A stretch of 64,000 nucleotides of DNA, from IMG/VR virus record IMGVR_UViG_3300008253_000110, positions 158-64,157 of that record; one strand, given 5' to 3'. Below the pieces are notes generated by a model. The model was not told the DNA's origin, did no database searches, and saw only the letters and a list, made by a program, of their open reading frames with translations. A program made the position numbers and the translations under genes. This document shows positions 20,101 to 29,803 of the stretch, piece after piece. Position 1 is the first letter of the stretch; the number at the start of each line of letters is the position of its first letter. The stretch is from a virus.

Positions 20101-23100
20101 GAATTGATAATAACTCATTGATATATAATCCTTCAGAATTAACCTTTAATCGTTCTGTTGAATGAGCACCGATAAGAACTGTATCAGTTAATACTGTTGA
20201 TCCTGGTAAACTACCAATGATCGTGTTATTCGAACCCGTTGTTATAGCAGTCCCTGCGTTGTAACCTATACCTATATTTCTTCTACCCTCAGCACTATTA
20301 CCTGAGGTAGTAGTAACTGAATTTAAACTCTCAGCACCTATAGCAGTGTTTTCAAAGCCATAGTTATTAGCCCATAAGCTACCATAACCAATAGCTACGT
20401 TTCTATAACCTGTAGTACAAGAACCTAACGCTCCGCCAGCACCAACAGCTACGTTGTTATTAGCAGTGCCGTCATCATTTGATAAAGCCGATGGACCAAG
20501 ACCAACAGAACCCCCGACACTCTTACCATCACTTAATTCATTAATAGAAGATGCTCCACCACCAGTACCACCAGTAAATAGTGCACCGTTGATATACAAA
20601 CCGGTATCATCAACTTTAATTCGCTCTGTTGCGCCAGCACCTATAAGAACAGTATCATTTAATGATGATGTTCCTAATAACTTACCAATAATGGTATTAT
20701 TGGAACCATTTACTAGGTTCTTCCCTGCAGAACCACCAATACCTATATTATCGTTTCCTATACTGTTAGATAGTAATGCCTTTTCACCAATAGCTGTGTT
20801 ATCACTCCCATTAGTGGTGCTTAATAAACTATGAGCACCAACAGCAACATTTCTAACTCCAATAGTCATACCCATTGCACTAGCTCTACCAATAGCAGTG
20901 TTCAGCTCTCCAACAGTAAGACTCTGTAAACTTGACATTCCAACAGCAGTGTTAAATAATGCCACTTCCTGTTGTTCTTCCGTATGTAAAGCTTGATCGC
21001 CTAATCCAAGTGAATGCGTAGATGCGTTATAATACGCGTCAGATAATTCATCAATACTAGTTGCTCCACCACCAGGACCAGTACCACCACTAAGAGATGA
21101 TAAATCTGCAGTTAAATCTGCTAAAGTTCCAGTTCTAGCTAGAGTTAAAGTTGTACCTGAAAGTGTAACTCCATCAACATATTCATTATCATGAGAATAA
21201 CCTAAGTGCTTATTTAATATATGATCCCCAAATGATATCTCATGTTCCTGTCTATTTACTGCATCAGACCAAAGTCTTTGGGCTTCGGCAGCTCGATTAT
21301 CGTGGCGAGAAGATTGGACAATTCCTAAATCCCTATAAAAGTCGTTCTCACTTGTCGCCATACCCTCCAAGCTTATAGGATGGATAATAAACTTTGTAAT
21401 ATAATGCCATCTAATATCTAACTCAAAATCATTGACAGCACCGGAGAAGTTCCCTTCATGGCTAGGATCGGTTGAAGGCCATGTGAATGACGTGTTAGTA
21501 GTGAGATAATCCTTAAATCTATTCCAAGGACCAACATTTGGAGAAAGGGGTTCTCCAATACCACCAGTAGGGCTTCCTTCAATCTCAAGAGTTGAGGCAT
21601 TAGCAAAGCTTCTAGGATTGTCATAATAATGTTCTTGGATACGAGGCCATTGTATATCTGCACGATAATGGACCCCACCCCAATTATTAATGGTCCCTAT
21701 ATCCGCTGAAAGATAATCAACAATACCCATTATTGGATTATCTTCATTAATTAATTCCGTATTATCTGAACCTAATAATAAGAATGCCCTCTCTAACGAT
21801 GGTAGAAGATATTTACTGAGAACTTTTTTGTACTCACGTTCCTCAGTTTGGTAGAGCCTATTAACTATAATGTCAGACCATTCATTTGCAATTTGTGACA
21901 TACCGACTGAATTAAGATGAGCAGAATCAGTCAGTCGTACATCCTGATAATCAAGGTCTAAATTAGGCCCAATTAACATTCTTTTGTGGAAGTCTGTTTT
22001 AGCATACAGTAAAGCCTGCTGATCGAAACCCCCTTCTTGATAAGCATTTTTGTAAGCGAGACTGTTAAAAATACTAAAAGCAACCATTGTACCCTTAATA
22101 ATATTTTTATCATAACCGGCTAAAGGATAGACCGTATTTTTTGGTACAAATGAAGTTCTTGCAAGAACAAATGATGTATCTGGACCGTAAACTCCTATAT
22201 TCTCTAGTTCACGGTATATACTTGCGAGGAGCGGATAGTATTCAAATTTAGTCATTGATGAATATGGGTCCTCAGGCTGAGTAGGCCAAAAATCATTATC
22301 AGCGTTTACTCCACGATTATCAGCTTCACCTTGACACCAGAATATGTAGTTATAATTAAAATTTTGTGTAGTAGCAAGATTTTTCGCATATTCGACTCTT
22401 TCCCATAACAATCTACTAGTGCTGTAATTAAAATCATCCTGTACGTGATTCTGAGGAGATGTTGCACTTATAGGAAAAGGTATTGTTGAGTCAGGCGACC
22501 ATTGTGTTATAGAAGAGCCCCCAACTGAAATATTAACAAAACGAACTTCATCATAACCCGTGGAGTTAATAATGTTATCACCTAATTCAGCAAGATATGA
22601 CCCACCACTACCTCCTCCTAAAGGAGCACCGGCATCACTATACCCAGCGGCCCATGTTGTTTCTAATACACCAGATGAAGGGTATGTATATGGATCTATA
22701 CCAATAGAATAACCATTATTGTACTCCTCAACTGTAACACCAGAGTAAGCTCTCTGAACATAGTCTACATCAGTTGGTATTCTACTTCCTCCAGCAACAG
22801 TAGTTTCTGTTGCCGGATTACCTAATCCCCATGTATTATCAGTAATACTAACCTGAGCAGGGCACTCAACCCATGATTCATTTAAACTCCACTTATGAAC
22901 TTTACCAATATTACCAGTGGTAGGTGTATAAGTGTATGATGGATCACCAAAAGCCGCTACATTTGATTGACCCATTACTAATATATAACATATACTAGTT
23001 GATACGATAAGGTCATTAGCCTCAGAACCATCAGGATTATTCCACTCTAGATTTCCTGTCGAGCCTACAGCTAATACCTTACCGACTGAACCAGTAGTAG

Positions 23101-25258
23101 AAGGTACATGAAGACCATGATCGTCAATACGACCATCTAAGACCGTACCTTGATTAGCAGATAAAGCCTCTGTTATTGATGTAGATATTAATGTGTCATT
23201 TACTATTACCTGTGTGTTGGTATCTTCATAATTATTCGCATGAATATTAACGTTACCTTGATCTACAGTCCAATCTATACCACTAGTGCCACCACCACTA
23301 GAACCTGTACCTACATCAGTCCATTCTGTACCATCCCAGAATACCAATTTGTTTGTTGTGGAATTATAAACAATATCACCTTTAGTACCTGTAGGTAATT
23401 CAATAAGGGTATAGTTACTAAGACGAAGAGGTGAATTTTCTATTACAACAGCACCTGCTGCATCCAAGATTAGATTAGAAGCTGCAGTAATAGTTGGTAT
23501 ACCTGTTGTTGTAATATCAATTACAGGTGTTGTAATCTTAGATGTAGTAGCAATCTCACCATCAATGCTTAATTTCTCGTTTGCAGCACTCCAATGGAAT
23601 TTTCCAACTGCAGAAGAATTATAAAAATAAACATCCGAACTCTTATCTACCTTTAATCCAAGATGAGGTGTACCGGAAGAATAAGTTTTTACTGCAAATT
23701 CGCCACTACCTACATTGTCTGTATGACTTCCTTCAAGCCTTACAATTGGCATAAAAACACCAGAATTCCGATTCTTAAATATTATTGCACTTGTTCCACC
23801 AGAAGCATTTACCGTCTGATTTCCTATTACTAAACTGTCTCCGCCGTCTGAATTAAGTACGAGTTGATTGGCGTTCCTAATATACACGAAAGCATCATTT
23901 CCTCCGAAAGTGCCGAAGTGATTATATTGTACTTGTGAATCATCACCACCTGGAGTTCCACTACCACTGCCACCACCACCAATATCATCTGCGGGCGCCC
24001 ATTTACTATCAGTATCAGACCATTTTAATACTTGTCCTGATGTCGGGGCCGTAGTTAAATTAACATCAGTTAAGGTTGCAATAGCGCCACCAGTATCAGT
24101 AAAGACTGCATTTAATGGAACAGCAGTCTTTACATTGTCAAATGCCCAATCAGAAGAGATAGAAGTTTCAGTAGCACCATCAGTTGGAGTAGAAGAAATT
24201 GCCCTCTGAGTTGTTATAGTATCGGCTGGAACAACCCAAGTACCATCTGCTCTTAGGAATTTAGTACTATTAGCTGTAGATAATGCAGGAACTAAACCTT
24301 TAGTCGTACCACTAAACTCAGCTAAAGCAGTAAATAGTGTACCTGATGATACAACATCAGTGGACCCAGAAGCTATAGGTCCTACAGTAAGTTGGTTTGT
24401 GATTGGGTCAACCCATACTAATTGACCGGTGCTTGGATCAACACCTAATACTTTACCCATATCAACTGTTCCAAAGGTTGGAACATGAATACCATGACCT
24501 GTTTCTGCTTTAGTTAAAAATTTAGTATATATATCACCTGATAATACAACATCAGTGGAATTTTCAGCTATAACACCTGTTGGGTGTTTCGTATCTGTTG
24601 ATGATATAACACCTTCCGCAGATATAGCTATATTTGTACCAGCGGTATATATACCAGTACCAATTTCCCATTTAGATGTAGTACTATTATATTTAAGAAT
24701 AGAATGATTAGTAACTCCGGTAGTATCGGTATCTGTTAAACCTTCAAGAGTACTAGAGCCACCACTACCAGAGCTAGTAGCTGATAAAACACCTGTTGTT
24801 GCATCAATATTTAGATTAGCACCTACTTTAATACCACCGAGAGCTGACGCTGTAGCTATAGGTAATTCATAAGATGATGATGATGATGGTGTTTCCCATG
24901 AACCTACTAAAGTACCACTCTCATTTTTTACAGTTAGTATATCACCTGCAACTGTAAGGGTAGGAACATGTATACCATGACTTACTAATGCATACTCAGA
25001 ATGTGTATGTGTATCAGGCGAATAACCATCAAGAGCTGTATATATATCACCTGATAATACAACATCAATGGATCCGGAAGCTATAGGTCCTGTTGAGTGT
25101 TTTGCTATGGTAGGTATGTTTGCATAATTTGTAACTCCATCACCAACTCTAATTATATTATTTGTTGTATCTAAACATAACTGCCCATCTGGTATTACAG
25201 GATTTTCTAATAGCCAATTTGCTGCTGTATCTCTACGTTGTTTTATTATCGTGGCCAT
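17183..25258 (-). CDS. Giant tail fibre/spike (2691 aa): Mtd_N-like N-terminus, SGNH esterase, NTAVG..AL repeats, S74-type C-terminal chaperone
   Basis: N-terminus MATIIKQRRDTAANW...GQLCLDT...RVGDG; esterase motifs GQSN, QGEADN and DSAH; many NTA[VI]GxxAL repeats; C-terminal SDRRLKTNIKTL...IGFIAQD...LKYSKI. Confidence 0.9.
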   Translation of the reverse strand: MATIIKQRRDTAANWLLENPVIPDGQLCLDTTNNIIRVGDGVTNYANIPTIAKHSTGPIASGSIDVVLSGDIYTALDGYSPDTHTHSEYALVSHGIHVPTLTVAGDILTVKNESGTLVGSWETPSSSSSYELPIATASALGGIKVGANLNIDATTGVLSATSSGSGGSSTLEGLTDTDTTGVTNHSILKYNSTTSKWEIGTGIYTAGTNIAISAEGVISSTDTKHPTGVIAENSTDVVLSGDIYTKFLTKAETGHGIHVPTFGTVDMGKVLGVDPSTGQLVWVDPITNQLTVGPIASGSTDVVSSGTLFTALAEFSGTTKGLVPALSTANSTKFLRADGTWVVPADTITTQRAISSTPTDGATETSISSDWAFDNVKTAVPLNAVFTDTGGAIATLTDVNLTTAPTSGQVLKWSDTDSKWAPADDIGGGGSGSGTPGGDDSQVQYNHFGTFGGNDAFVYIRNANQLVLNSDGGDSLVIGNQTVNASGGTSAIIFKNRNSGVFMPIVRLEGSHTDNVGSGEFAVKTYSSGTPHLGLKVDKSSDVYFYNSSAVGKFHWSAANEKLSIDGEIATTSKITTPVIDITTTGIPTITAASNLILDAAGAVVIENSPLRLSNYTLIELPTGTKGDIVYNSTTNKLVFWDGTEWTDVGTGSSGGGTSGIDWTVDQGNVNIHANNYEDTNTQVIVNDTLISTSITEALSANQGTVLDGRIDDHGLHVPSTTGSVGKVLAVGSTGNLEWNNPDGSEANDLIVSTSICYILVMGQSNVAAFGDPSYTYTPTTGNIGKVHKWSLNESWVECPAQVSITDNTWGLGNPATETTVAGGSRIPTDVDYVQRAYSGVTVEEYNNGYSIGIDPYTYPSSGVLETTWAAGYSDAGAPLGGGSGGSYLAELGDNIINSTGYDEVRFVNISVGGSSITQWSPDSTIPFPISATSPQNHVQDDFNYSTSRLLWERVEYAKNLATTQNFNYNYIFWCQGEADNRGVNADNDFWPTQPEDPYSSMTKFEYYPLLASIYRELENIGVYGPDTSFVLARTSFVPKNTVYPLAGYDKNIIKGTMVAFSIFNSLAYKNAYQEGGFDQQALLYAKTDFHKRMLIGPNLDLDYQDVRLTDSAHLNSVGMSQIANEWSDIIVNRLYQTEEREYKKVLSKYLLPSLERAFLLLGSDNTELINEDNPIMGIVDYLSADIGTINNWGGVHYRADIQWPRIQEHYYDNPRSFANASTLEIEGSPTGGIGEPLSPNVGPWNRFKDYLTTNTSFTWPSTDPSHEGNFSGAVNDFELDIRWHYITKFIIHPISLEGMATSENDFYRDLGIVQSSRHDNRAAEAQRLWSDAVNRQEHEISFGDHILNKHLGYSHDNEYVDGVTLSGTTLTLARTGTLADLTADLSSLSGGTGPGGGATSIDELSDAYYNASTHSLGLGDQALHTEEQQEVALFNTAVGMSSLQSLTVGELNTAIGRASAMGMTIGVRNVAVGAHSLLSTTNGSDNTAIGEKALLSNSIGNDNIGIGGSAGKNLVNGSNNTIIGKLLGTSSLNDTVLIGAGATERIKVDDTGLYINGALFTGGTGGGASSINELSDGKSVGGSVGLGPSALSNDDGTANNNVAVGAGGALGSCTTGYRNVAIGYGSLWANNYGFENTAIGAESLNSVTTTSGNSAEGRRNIGIGYNAGTAITTGSNNTIIGSLPGSTVLTDTVLIGAHSTERLKVNSEGLYINELLSILTDSATDKVSTVNLTLTDCFIEGELSSITTGIPTITSVSNLILSAASAVVIEKSPLRLGNYSTIELPTGTKGDIVYNSSTNKLIFWDGTAWTDIGTGSSGPGGGASAINDLTDGYYNATSVSLGLGTGSLANETGNSDRFNTAVGVNALANNDTGYQNTAIGKDALFTNTTGAYSTAVGIGALYSNESGYSNNTAVGVNALYDNTTGYSHVAIGLSALRNNTIGHYNVAVGVQALEANEAGSNNTAIGTRALFNNVVGDHNGANTATGYESLYTNEIGSNNTAHGWQSLRYTTANYNTAIGSDSQKFCIGGGSNTAAGYQALFSNTEGDYNIGIGYKAGKNIRGSNNTIIGWYEGMDDVGDPTTFTSDTVVITAGTTERLKIDANNLYINGQVFTSGYAANLDWTIDQGITNIHSGNYTDWTQDQSSGVGDIHANNYNNTNTTYAQATSGNLGLVKIGYTLDGIGRNYPVELSFGKMYVNVPWVEGSSGGGSGTPGGSDTQVQFNSNGSFEGDAGLTYNYSSTALSAGEIHTNKILSTGTGIPTITSATNIVLYPTAAVVIQDAPLRFGNFVTTALPAGTSGDTAYDSTKGNLVFHNGTGWVDVGTGSGGNGSDNYIESVSQNGTDITLKFKDTSFADLTLDLSTLGANSYVDSATFDNSSRDLTISRNDGLDDIEVNIPAGGGSIDALSDGYYNATSLSVGLGTGALGSESTTMVRSNVAVGYAALISTSSGTKNIGIGYGAGMAITTGNNNTVIGHLAGSSLLADTVLIGAGETERIKVDSNGLYINGTIFSGGGVDWTIDQSATAVIHASNYTNTTYSTATSGTLGLVKIGYTLNATGRNYPVQLSSGKMYVNVPWTDVSTSNFVSKTGNSTITGILTATDFVLSSDRRLKTNIKTLETDSVPLLKVINPVTFNDGDIGFIAQDFEDSVPELVHTTDEGYLALKYSKITALLWKQNQELLKRIEILENK

Positions 25259-25740
25259 TATGTGGCTCCTCCGCTTTCTATTGTTATGTCTGTTGCTGAA
25301 TATACAGTCGCTGCATTCCCATTGTCTAGTGATAAGTCAGATGGTAAAAATACACTTGATGCATCTCCACCATCAAATATAGTTGATCCAGGTGGCGCTG
25401 CTGCAACTCCTGAACCAATTGGTTCCCAACGCACCCCTAAAGAAGAAGAAGAATCATGCGTTTTTACATAATATTTAAATCCCATAACACCTGTAGAATC
25501 TCCAATACCGGTAATAGGGTTATAGTTGTTAAATCCGGCTATAGAGCCTACAGGTAATAATGCAAATTTCTCCTCTGCACCACCAGAAGTATAATCTCCA
25601 TCCTTAAAATCTATTTTTATAAAAGAATCAGTAGTTAAAGAAGATGTTTCTGGATTCTCTTTAAAGTATCTGAAGTTATCATCCATCTCATTATATGTTA
25701 ATGCACTTTCGTTATCACTTCTATATGTTAAAGTGGCCAT
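25258..25740 (-). CDS. Small fibre-associated protein (160 aa)
   Basis: The N-terminus MATLTYRSD..SALTYNEMDDNF resembles fibre attachment starts; the C-terminus has DGG/DNG/ESGG repeats; 1-nt overlap with the giant fibre gene. Confidence 0.6.
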   Translation of the reverse strand: MATLTYRSDNESALTYNEMDDNFRYFKENPETSSLTTDSFIKIDFKDGDYTSGGAEEKFALLPVGSIAGFNNYNPITGIGDSTGVMGFKYYVKTHDSSSSLGVRWEPIGSGVAAAPPGSTIFDGGDASSVFLPSDLSLDNGNAATVYSATDITIESGGAT

Positions 25741-25741
25741 G

Positions 25742-25981
25742 TTATGAATGTTCCCCTAGGTTTGATATATATTCTCCCACATAAGAAGTGAAAGGTGTTT
25801 CGTTAAGATTGGATGGATTATCACTTATATACTTATCATTAGAAAATGAGAATAATTGCTTTTCAGTATCTGTAAGTGGTTCTGGAAATTTATAAATCTC
25901 TTCTCTTATAGAATTCTTAGCCTCTATAGTAGTAGCGTTTCTTAAACTTTCAAATAATGCTGCGTAATCTGGTTTAGCCAT
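25742..25981 (-). CDS. Hypothetical protein (79 aa)
   Basis: Fills the gap between the PAAR gene and the fibre genes with tight spacing in operon orientation. Confidence 0.6.
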   Translation of the reverse strand: MAKPDYAALFESLRNATTIEAKNSIREEIYKFPEPLTDTEKQLFSFSNDKYISDNPSNLNETPFTSYVGEYISNLGEHS

Positions 25982-25984
25982 AAT

Positions 25985-26290
25985 TTAATTAGCAAATACG
26001 TTAGAAGAGCCGGTTTCCGCCGACGTTGGAGACCATGAACCATGACCTTCTGTAGCGTCACCTTGTCTATGGACTTTTATAGAATTAATAAATACAGTAG
26101 GTGATCCATCTTTTGCTGGATCTCCACATGATGTTTTATCACCTATACGAACTGTTGGTTTTGAATTAACAAATACTGTAGGTGACCCTTCATTATAAGC
26201 AGTCTGATGAAAAGGGTTGGGTGTTTGAGACGCATGACCTATATGTCTATCTAATTCTTTTCTTACTATTCCGGGCATTATATAATCCAT
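25985..26290 (-). CDS. PAAR-domain spike tip protein (T4 gp5.4-like); true start may be the MPG at 26278
   Basis: Repeated GSPTVF[VI]N..P..R.GD motifs with His/Cys metal ligands (RHIGH, SCG, GHG). Confidence 0.9.
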   Translation of the reverse strand: MDYIMPGIVRKELDRHIGHASQTPNPFHQTAYNEGSPTVFVNSKPTVRIGDKTSCGDPAKDGSPTVFINSIKVHRQGDATEGHGSWSPTSAETGSSNVFAN

Positions 26291-26306
26291 GAATTCTAAT
26301 TATATA

Positions 26307-26314
26307 TATTTATA
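26307..26314 (-). promoter_or_regulatory. T4-type late promoter (TATAAATA) upstream of the PAAR/fibre block
   Basis: Exact intergenic match; its last base is the A of the ATG of the opposite-strand gene at 26314. Confidence 0.6.
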
Positions 26315-26841
26315 TGAATAAAGATGCTATAATGATACACGAATTGAGAAAGCCTCTTATAATAGATCCAAATCTATTTTTAACGTTTGATGATGGCCTA
26401 TACACACAATATAAATATGCAAGACATCTTGAGAACCAAAAGATATTCTTTATATCGTCTGGAATTATTTGTCCAGAGAAGTCAATACAATCCTCTAGAT
26501 TTATAACATGTGGAAATGCTCATTTAAAAGCATTTAAGGGTAATATGGAAAATTATATGACTCTTGATCAAATGCTTGAGTTGCCTCTTGGGGCTCATTC
26601 ACATTATCATCAAAATCTTAATAAGTTTGAGAGATTAGTAGATAAGATATCTTGGATAAAACAAGATACAGAAGAAATGTTAGAATTCTGGTTAAAATAT
26701 TTTAACTCAGTACCTACATCATTCTGTTTTCCTTATAATGATGATCTTGATGGTCTATATAAGGCAATACTTTCAAAATCATACGGCTTTACTGACTTTT
26801 ATGGTTCAGGACGTATTAACATAGACGATATACTTGTTTAA
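26314..26841 (+). CDS. Polysaccharide deacetylase (NodB/CE4-like) family protein
   Basis: Motifs LTFDDG, GAHSHYH and SFCFPY. It is the only convincing plus-strand gene in the window. Confidence 0.8.
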   Translation: MNKDAIMIHELRKPLIIDPNLFLTFDDGLYTQYKYARHLENQKIFFISSGIICPEKSIQSSRFITCGNAHLKAFKGNMENYMTLDQMLELPLGAHSHYHQNLNKFERLVDKISWIKQDTEEMLEFWLKYFNSVPTSFCFPYNDDLDGLYKAILSKSYGFTDFYGSGRINIDDILV

Positions 26842-27460
26842 ACGCCTCTGCCCTATGTACTCCTACTTGCTTTCCACGGTACATAGCTAAGGCCTCCATA
26901 GATTCTATAGATCTACAATCAGGGTAATTATAAAGTTCAGTTGAATATAATGACATTACACGTTGTTTAAGTACTATCTTATCTGTTACATCAACATAAT
27001 AATTTGGTACAAATACAGGTTCAATTTGCCCAAAACTCCAATCTGTAGAAGATGGTATTTCTGACATATATAGAGCACGTACTGTACTCTGAGTCTTAGG
27101 TCTGCATGCTACCATACAGGCTTCTGCTACCATTCTATGATCCCTATGTATATCTGATATATTATGTGTATATACTTCTTCAGGTTTGTATGTTTCAATA
27201 ACATTTTCAATTGTTTCAAGAGTTTCAGAATAATCCATATTACAATCTGACTGATCGAATATAATAGGTTGGGCATTTAGGAGACGGCATGATTCTTTAA
27301 ATGCTAATATTCGATCGGAAGATACATGGGTTGCATGCGGTTTATCACCTTTACATAGTGAAATAACTACAACATTTTTATTATTATCAGATAATTTTGA
27401 TATTGTACCTGATGGTCCATACGATTCATCATCTGGGTGAGCAAATATAAAAAGTATCAC
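26816..27460 (-). CDS. PIG-L/LmbE family de-N-acetylase
   Basis: Motifs FAHPDDESYG and DIHRDHR, with C-terminal AEAF. Confidence 0.92.
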   Translation of the reverse strand: MILFIFAHPDDESYGPSGTISKLSDNNKNVVVISLCKGDKPHATHVSSDRILAFKESCRLLNAQPIIFDQSDCNMDYSETLETIENVIETYKPEEVYTHNISDIHRDHRMVAEACMVACRPKTQSTVRALYMSEIPSSTDWSFGQIEPVFVPNYYVDVTDKIVLKQRVMSLYSTELYNYPDCRSIESMEALAMYRGKQVGVHRAEAFKQVYRLC

Positions 27461-28350
27461 ATCATTTCCCTTATTATATCACCTAAATCATATCTAGGTT
27501 TGTAATCATACTTATTAATTGCCATAGACATATCGGGTATTCTATACATAATCTCACCAGATCTTGGATTTTTATAGGAAATTATAGATTTTGAGTGAAG
27601 AAGTTTAATAACTAGCATAGCTAGTGTTGTCATAGTAATAGGGTCCTCAGAATTACCTATATTAATTAATTTATCTTCAGGTGTTATCTTTTGTAGAAGA
27701 CTTACAGCATCTGAGACATGACAAAATGATCTTATTTGCTCTCCTGTACCATATATAGCTAAAGGTTTATTCTTTTTTGCCTTTTCAATAAATCTTGGTA
27801 GAACCATACCATACTTAGATGACTGGCCAGATCCTACTACATTAAATAGACGTGCTATAGAATATGGAAAAGAAGAGGATGTTATCATAAACTCTGTTAA
27901 TAACTTAGAGGCTGCATACCCACCTCTTGTATTAAGTGATGAGGGTATAGATGCCGGATCGTCTTCCGAAAATGCATACTCAGCAGAACCATATATTTCT
28001 GAAGATGATGTGAATATCACATGTCTTTGAGCTTTTTCGAATAGGGGAATAAGTTTCCTACAGATATCAACATTATTCAAAAGAGTTTGATAGGGATTAG
28101 AGTCTATATTAGATACACCAACAGATCCTGCAAGAAAATAAATCTTATCTGCATTCCCAATATATGGGTATAGTATCGAATCATCCATCTTTGTTATATC
28201 ATCATAGACTATATTAATGTTCTTAAGACCAGAGGAATTTGATGTTGAGTAGTTATCTATTACAGTTACATCATCTCCGGATTTTTTATATGATCTAACT
28301 AAATGTGTCCCTATAAATCCTGTCCCGCCTAATATTAATATCTTACTCAT
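27457..28350 (-). CDS. NAD-dependent nucleotide-sugar epimerase/dehydratase/decarboxylase (extended SDR)
   Basis: Motifs GGTGFIG, FTSSSEIYG, YAASK, RLFNVVG and GTGEQIRSFCHV. Confidence 0.93.
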   Translation of the reverse strand: MSKILILGGTGFIGTHLVRSYKKSGDDVTVIDNYSTSNSSGLKNINIVYDDITKMDDSILYPYIGNADKIYFLAGSVGVSNIDSNPYQTLLNNVDICRKLIPLFEKAQRHVIFTSSSEIYGSAEYAFSEDDPASIPSSLNTRGGYAASKLLTEFMITSSSFPYSIARLFNVVGSGQSSKYGMVLPRFIEKAKKNKPLAIYGTGEQIRSFCHVSDAVSLLQKITPEDKLINIGNSEDPITMTTLAMLVIKLLHSKSIISYKNPRSGEIMYRIPDMSMAINKYDYKPRYDLGDIIREMM

Positions 28351-28937
28351 TCATTACTCCATATAGGGTAATCTTTCCATGACCCTTGTTTAAATTCTTC
28401 ATTATAATTATTCAGTAGTAATACACCTTTAGCAGCTTGCTCTGGTGTCATATTCATATGATAACCATTAATAATACCAAGATCATCTTTAACTGGTATA
28501 GAGGCATCTCTACCATCCCAAGACATTCTTTTTAGTATATCATAGTCTTCTTTATTGTCAAGTAAAATTGCACCACCTTTACCAATAGGAATAGCTTTCT
28601 TTTGATGAAAGGATAAACACATCCAAAGACCTTTCTTATACATATCTCTATGAAATCCGACAGCTGAATCCCATATATGAGTACCTTTAAGGTTATATGA
28701 TCCTACCCATTCCTCTTTATTACCGGTATACTTATAACCTGCATTATTAATTGCTTGTGGTATTGAGATATATGTATGTATAGGTATTGATAGTACAGTA
28801 GGACTATTCAGGTACTTTAAACTCAGAAATATAGCATTAGAACAAGAATCAGTTAATACAACATAAGGAGCTCCTGTGTATTCTGATAATCTAGACTCAA
28901 ATAATGTTATAAAATCATGATTGTTATGGAAATTCAT
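28347..28937 (-). CDS. Short DegT/DnrJ/EryC1/StrS-family PLP aminotransferase (196 aa)
   Basis: Motifs FESRLSEYTG..Y.V.TDSCSNA, WDSA, SFHQKK.IPIGKGGAI and GYHMNM. It is about half the usual family length. Confidence 0.85.
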   Translation of the reverse strand: MNFHNNHDFITLFESRLSEYTGAPYVVLTDSCSNAIFLSLKYLNSPTVLSIPIHTYISIPQAINNAGYKYTGNKEEWVGSYNLKGTHIWDSAVGFHRDMYKKGLWMCLSFHQKKAIPIGKGGAILLDNKEDYDILKRMSWDGRDASIPVKDDLGIINGYHMNMTPEQAAKGVLLLNNYNEEFKQGSWKDYPIWSNE

Positions 28938-28940
28938 AGT

Positions 28941-29801
28941 TTATATTTTTGCTCGTTTAAAATATTCAATCTTCTCTCTTGTCCTTGTTTTGACATATTC
29001 TTCAGCTGCAATTAAATGTTCATGCCAGAAATAAATTCCTTCGATTTCAGAATCTTCAAATTCATCAATAGGTGTATAGAACTCACCAATTTGATATCGT
29101 TGAATAGGTTTAATAACAGGATGCATATTAGTATTAAAATGAAGGTCAATTGCATATTCTTCTAAATCATGTAGATGCCTATCTGACATATACTCATCCC
29201 ATATATCATCACCGCCGTTCTCGGTAAGATCTTTAAGTGACTCATAGAATGCTTTATAAAACCCTGAATCTCTATGTGATATGACAAATCCTGTATCAAA
29301 AGGATTAACCCATTCCTCCGGAGCATTCCTCTGTGAACCTGCTGAATAATCATCATACTGACCACATATAACAAAATCATTAGAGCCTACTGAATCAACT
29401 AGATCTCTTGGAAGAGGTTTAATTAGATTCATATCAAGATCAATATGAATGAATATATCTTCTTCTAATGTTTCTTCTAATATGTATCCTGCTAAAGGTA
29501 CGTTCCAATATCCACAAAAATAATCATCTGTTTCTTTAATATAGTTCTCTATATAGGTAACATTAAGATCCTTTAACTTATCCTGTGTTTCTTTAGATAT
29601 AGTATTCTTCGAAGGACAGTAGGCATATATAGGTATATCTTTCAGCCAACCACCATTCTTTCTCCAGTTCTTAAAACATATAATTGATTCAGACTCGTAC
29701 CTTCGAGGTTCTGGGTATTGTCCTTCATTATTTATATTGTTTATATTATGATCATCATTCTCAATCATTGTTATTAATGCGTACTTCATATTATACCTCA
29801 C
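28941..29801 (-). CDS. Putative GT-A glycosyltransferase-like protein (286 aa)
   Basis: FIHIDLDMNLIK contains a DxD motif, followed by PFDTGFVI (GT8-like pattern) and a late His; it sits among nucleotide-sugar genes. Confidence 0.55.
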   Translation of the reverse strand: MRYNMKYALITMIENDDHNINNINNEGQYPEPRRYESESIICFKNWRKNGGWLKDIPIYAYCPSKNTISKETQDKLKDLNVTYIENYIKETDDYFCGYWNVPLAGYILEETLEEDIFIHIDLDMNLIKPLPRDLVDSVGSNDFVICGQYDDYSAGSQRNAPEEWVNPFDTGFVISHRDSGFYKAFYESLKDLTENGGDDIWDEYMSDRHLHDLEEYAIDLHFNTNMHPVIKPIQRYQIGEFYTPIDEFEDSEIEGIYFWHEHLIAAEEYVKTRTREKIEYFKRAKI

Positions 29802-29803
29802 TT

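Noticed and set aside
17780-20980. NTAVG..AL repeats as a CRISPR-like or novel repeat array
   Set aside because: They are degenerate, in-frame protein repeats of a known fibre/adhesin type, with no constant DNA repeat and unique spacers.
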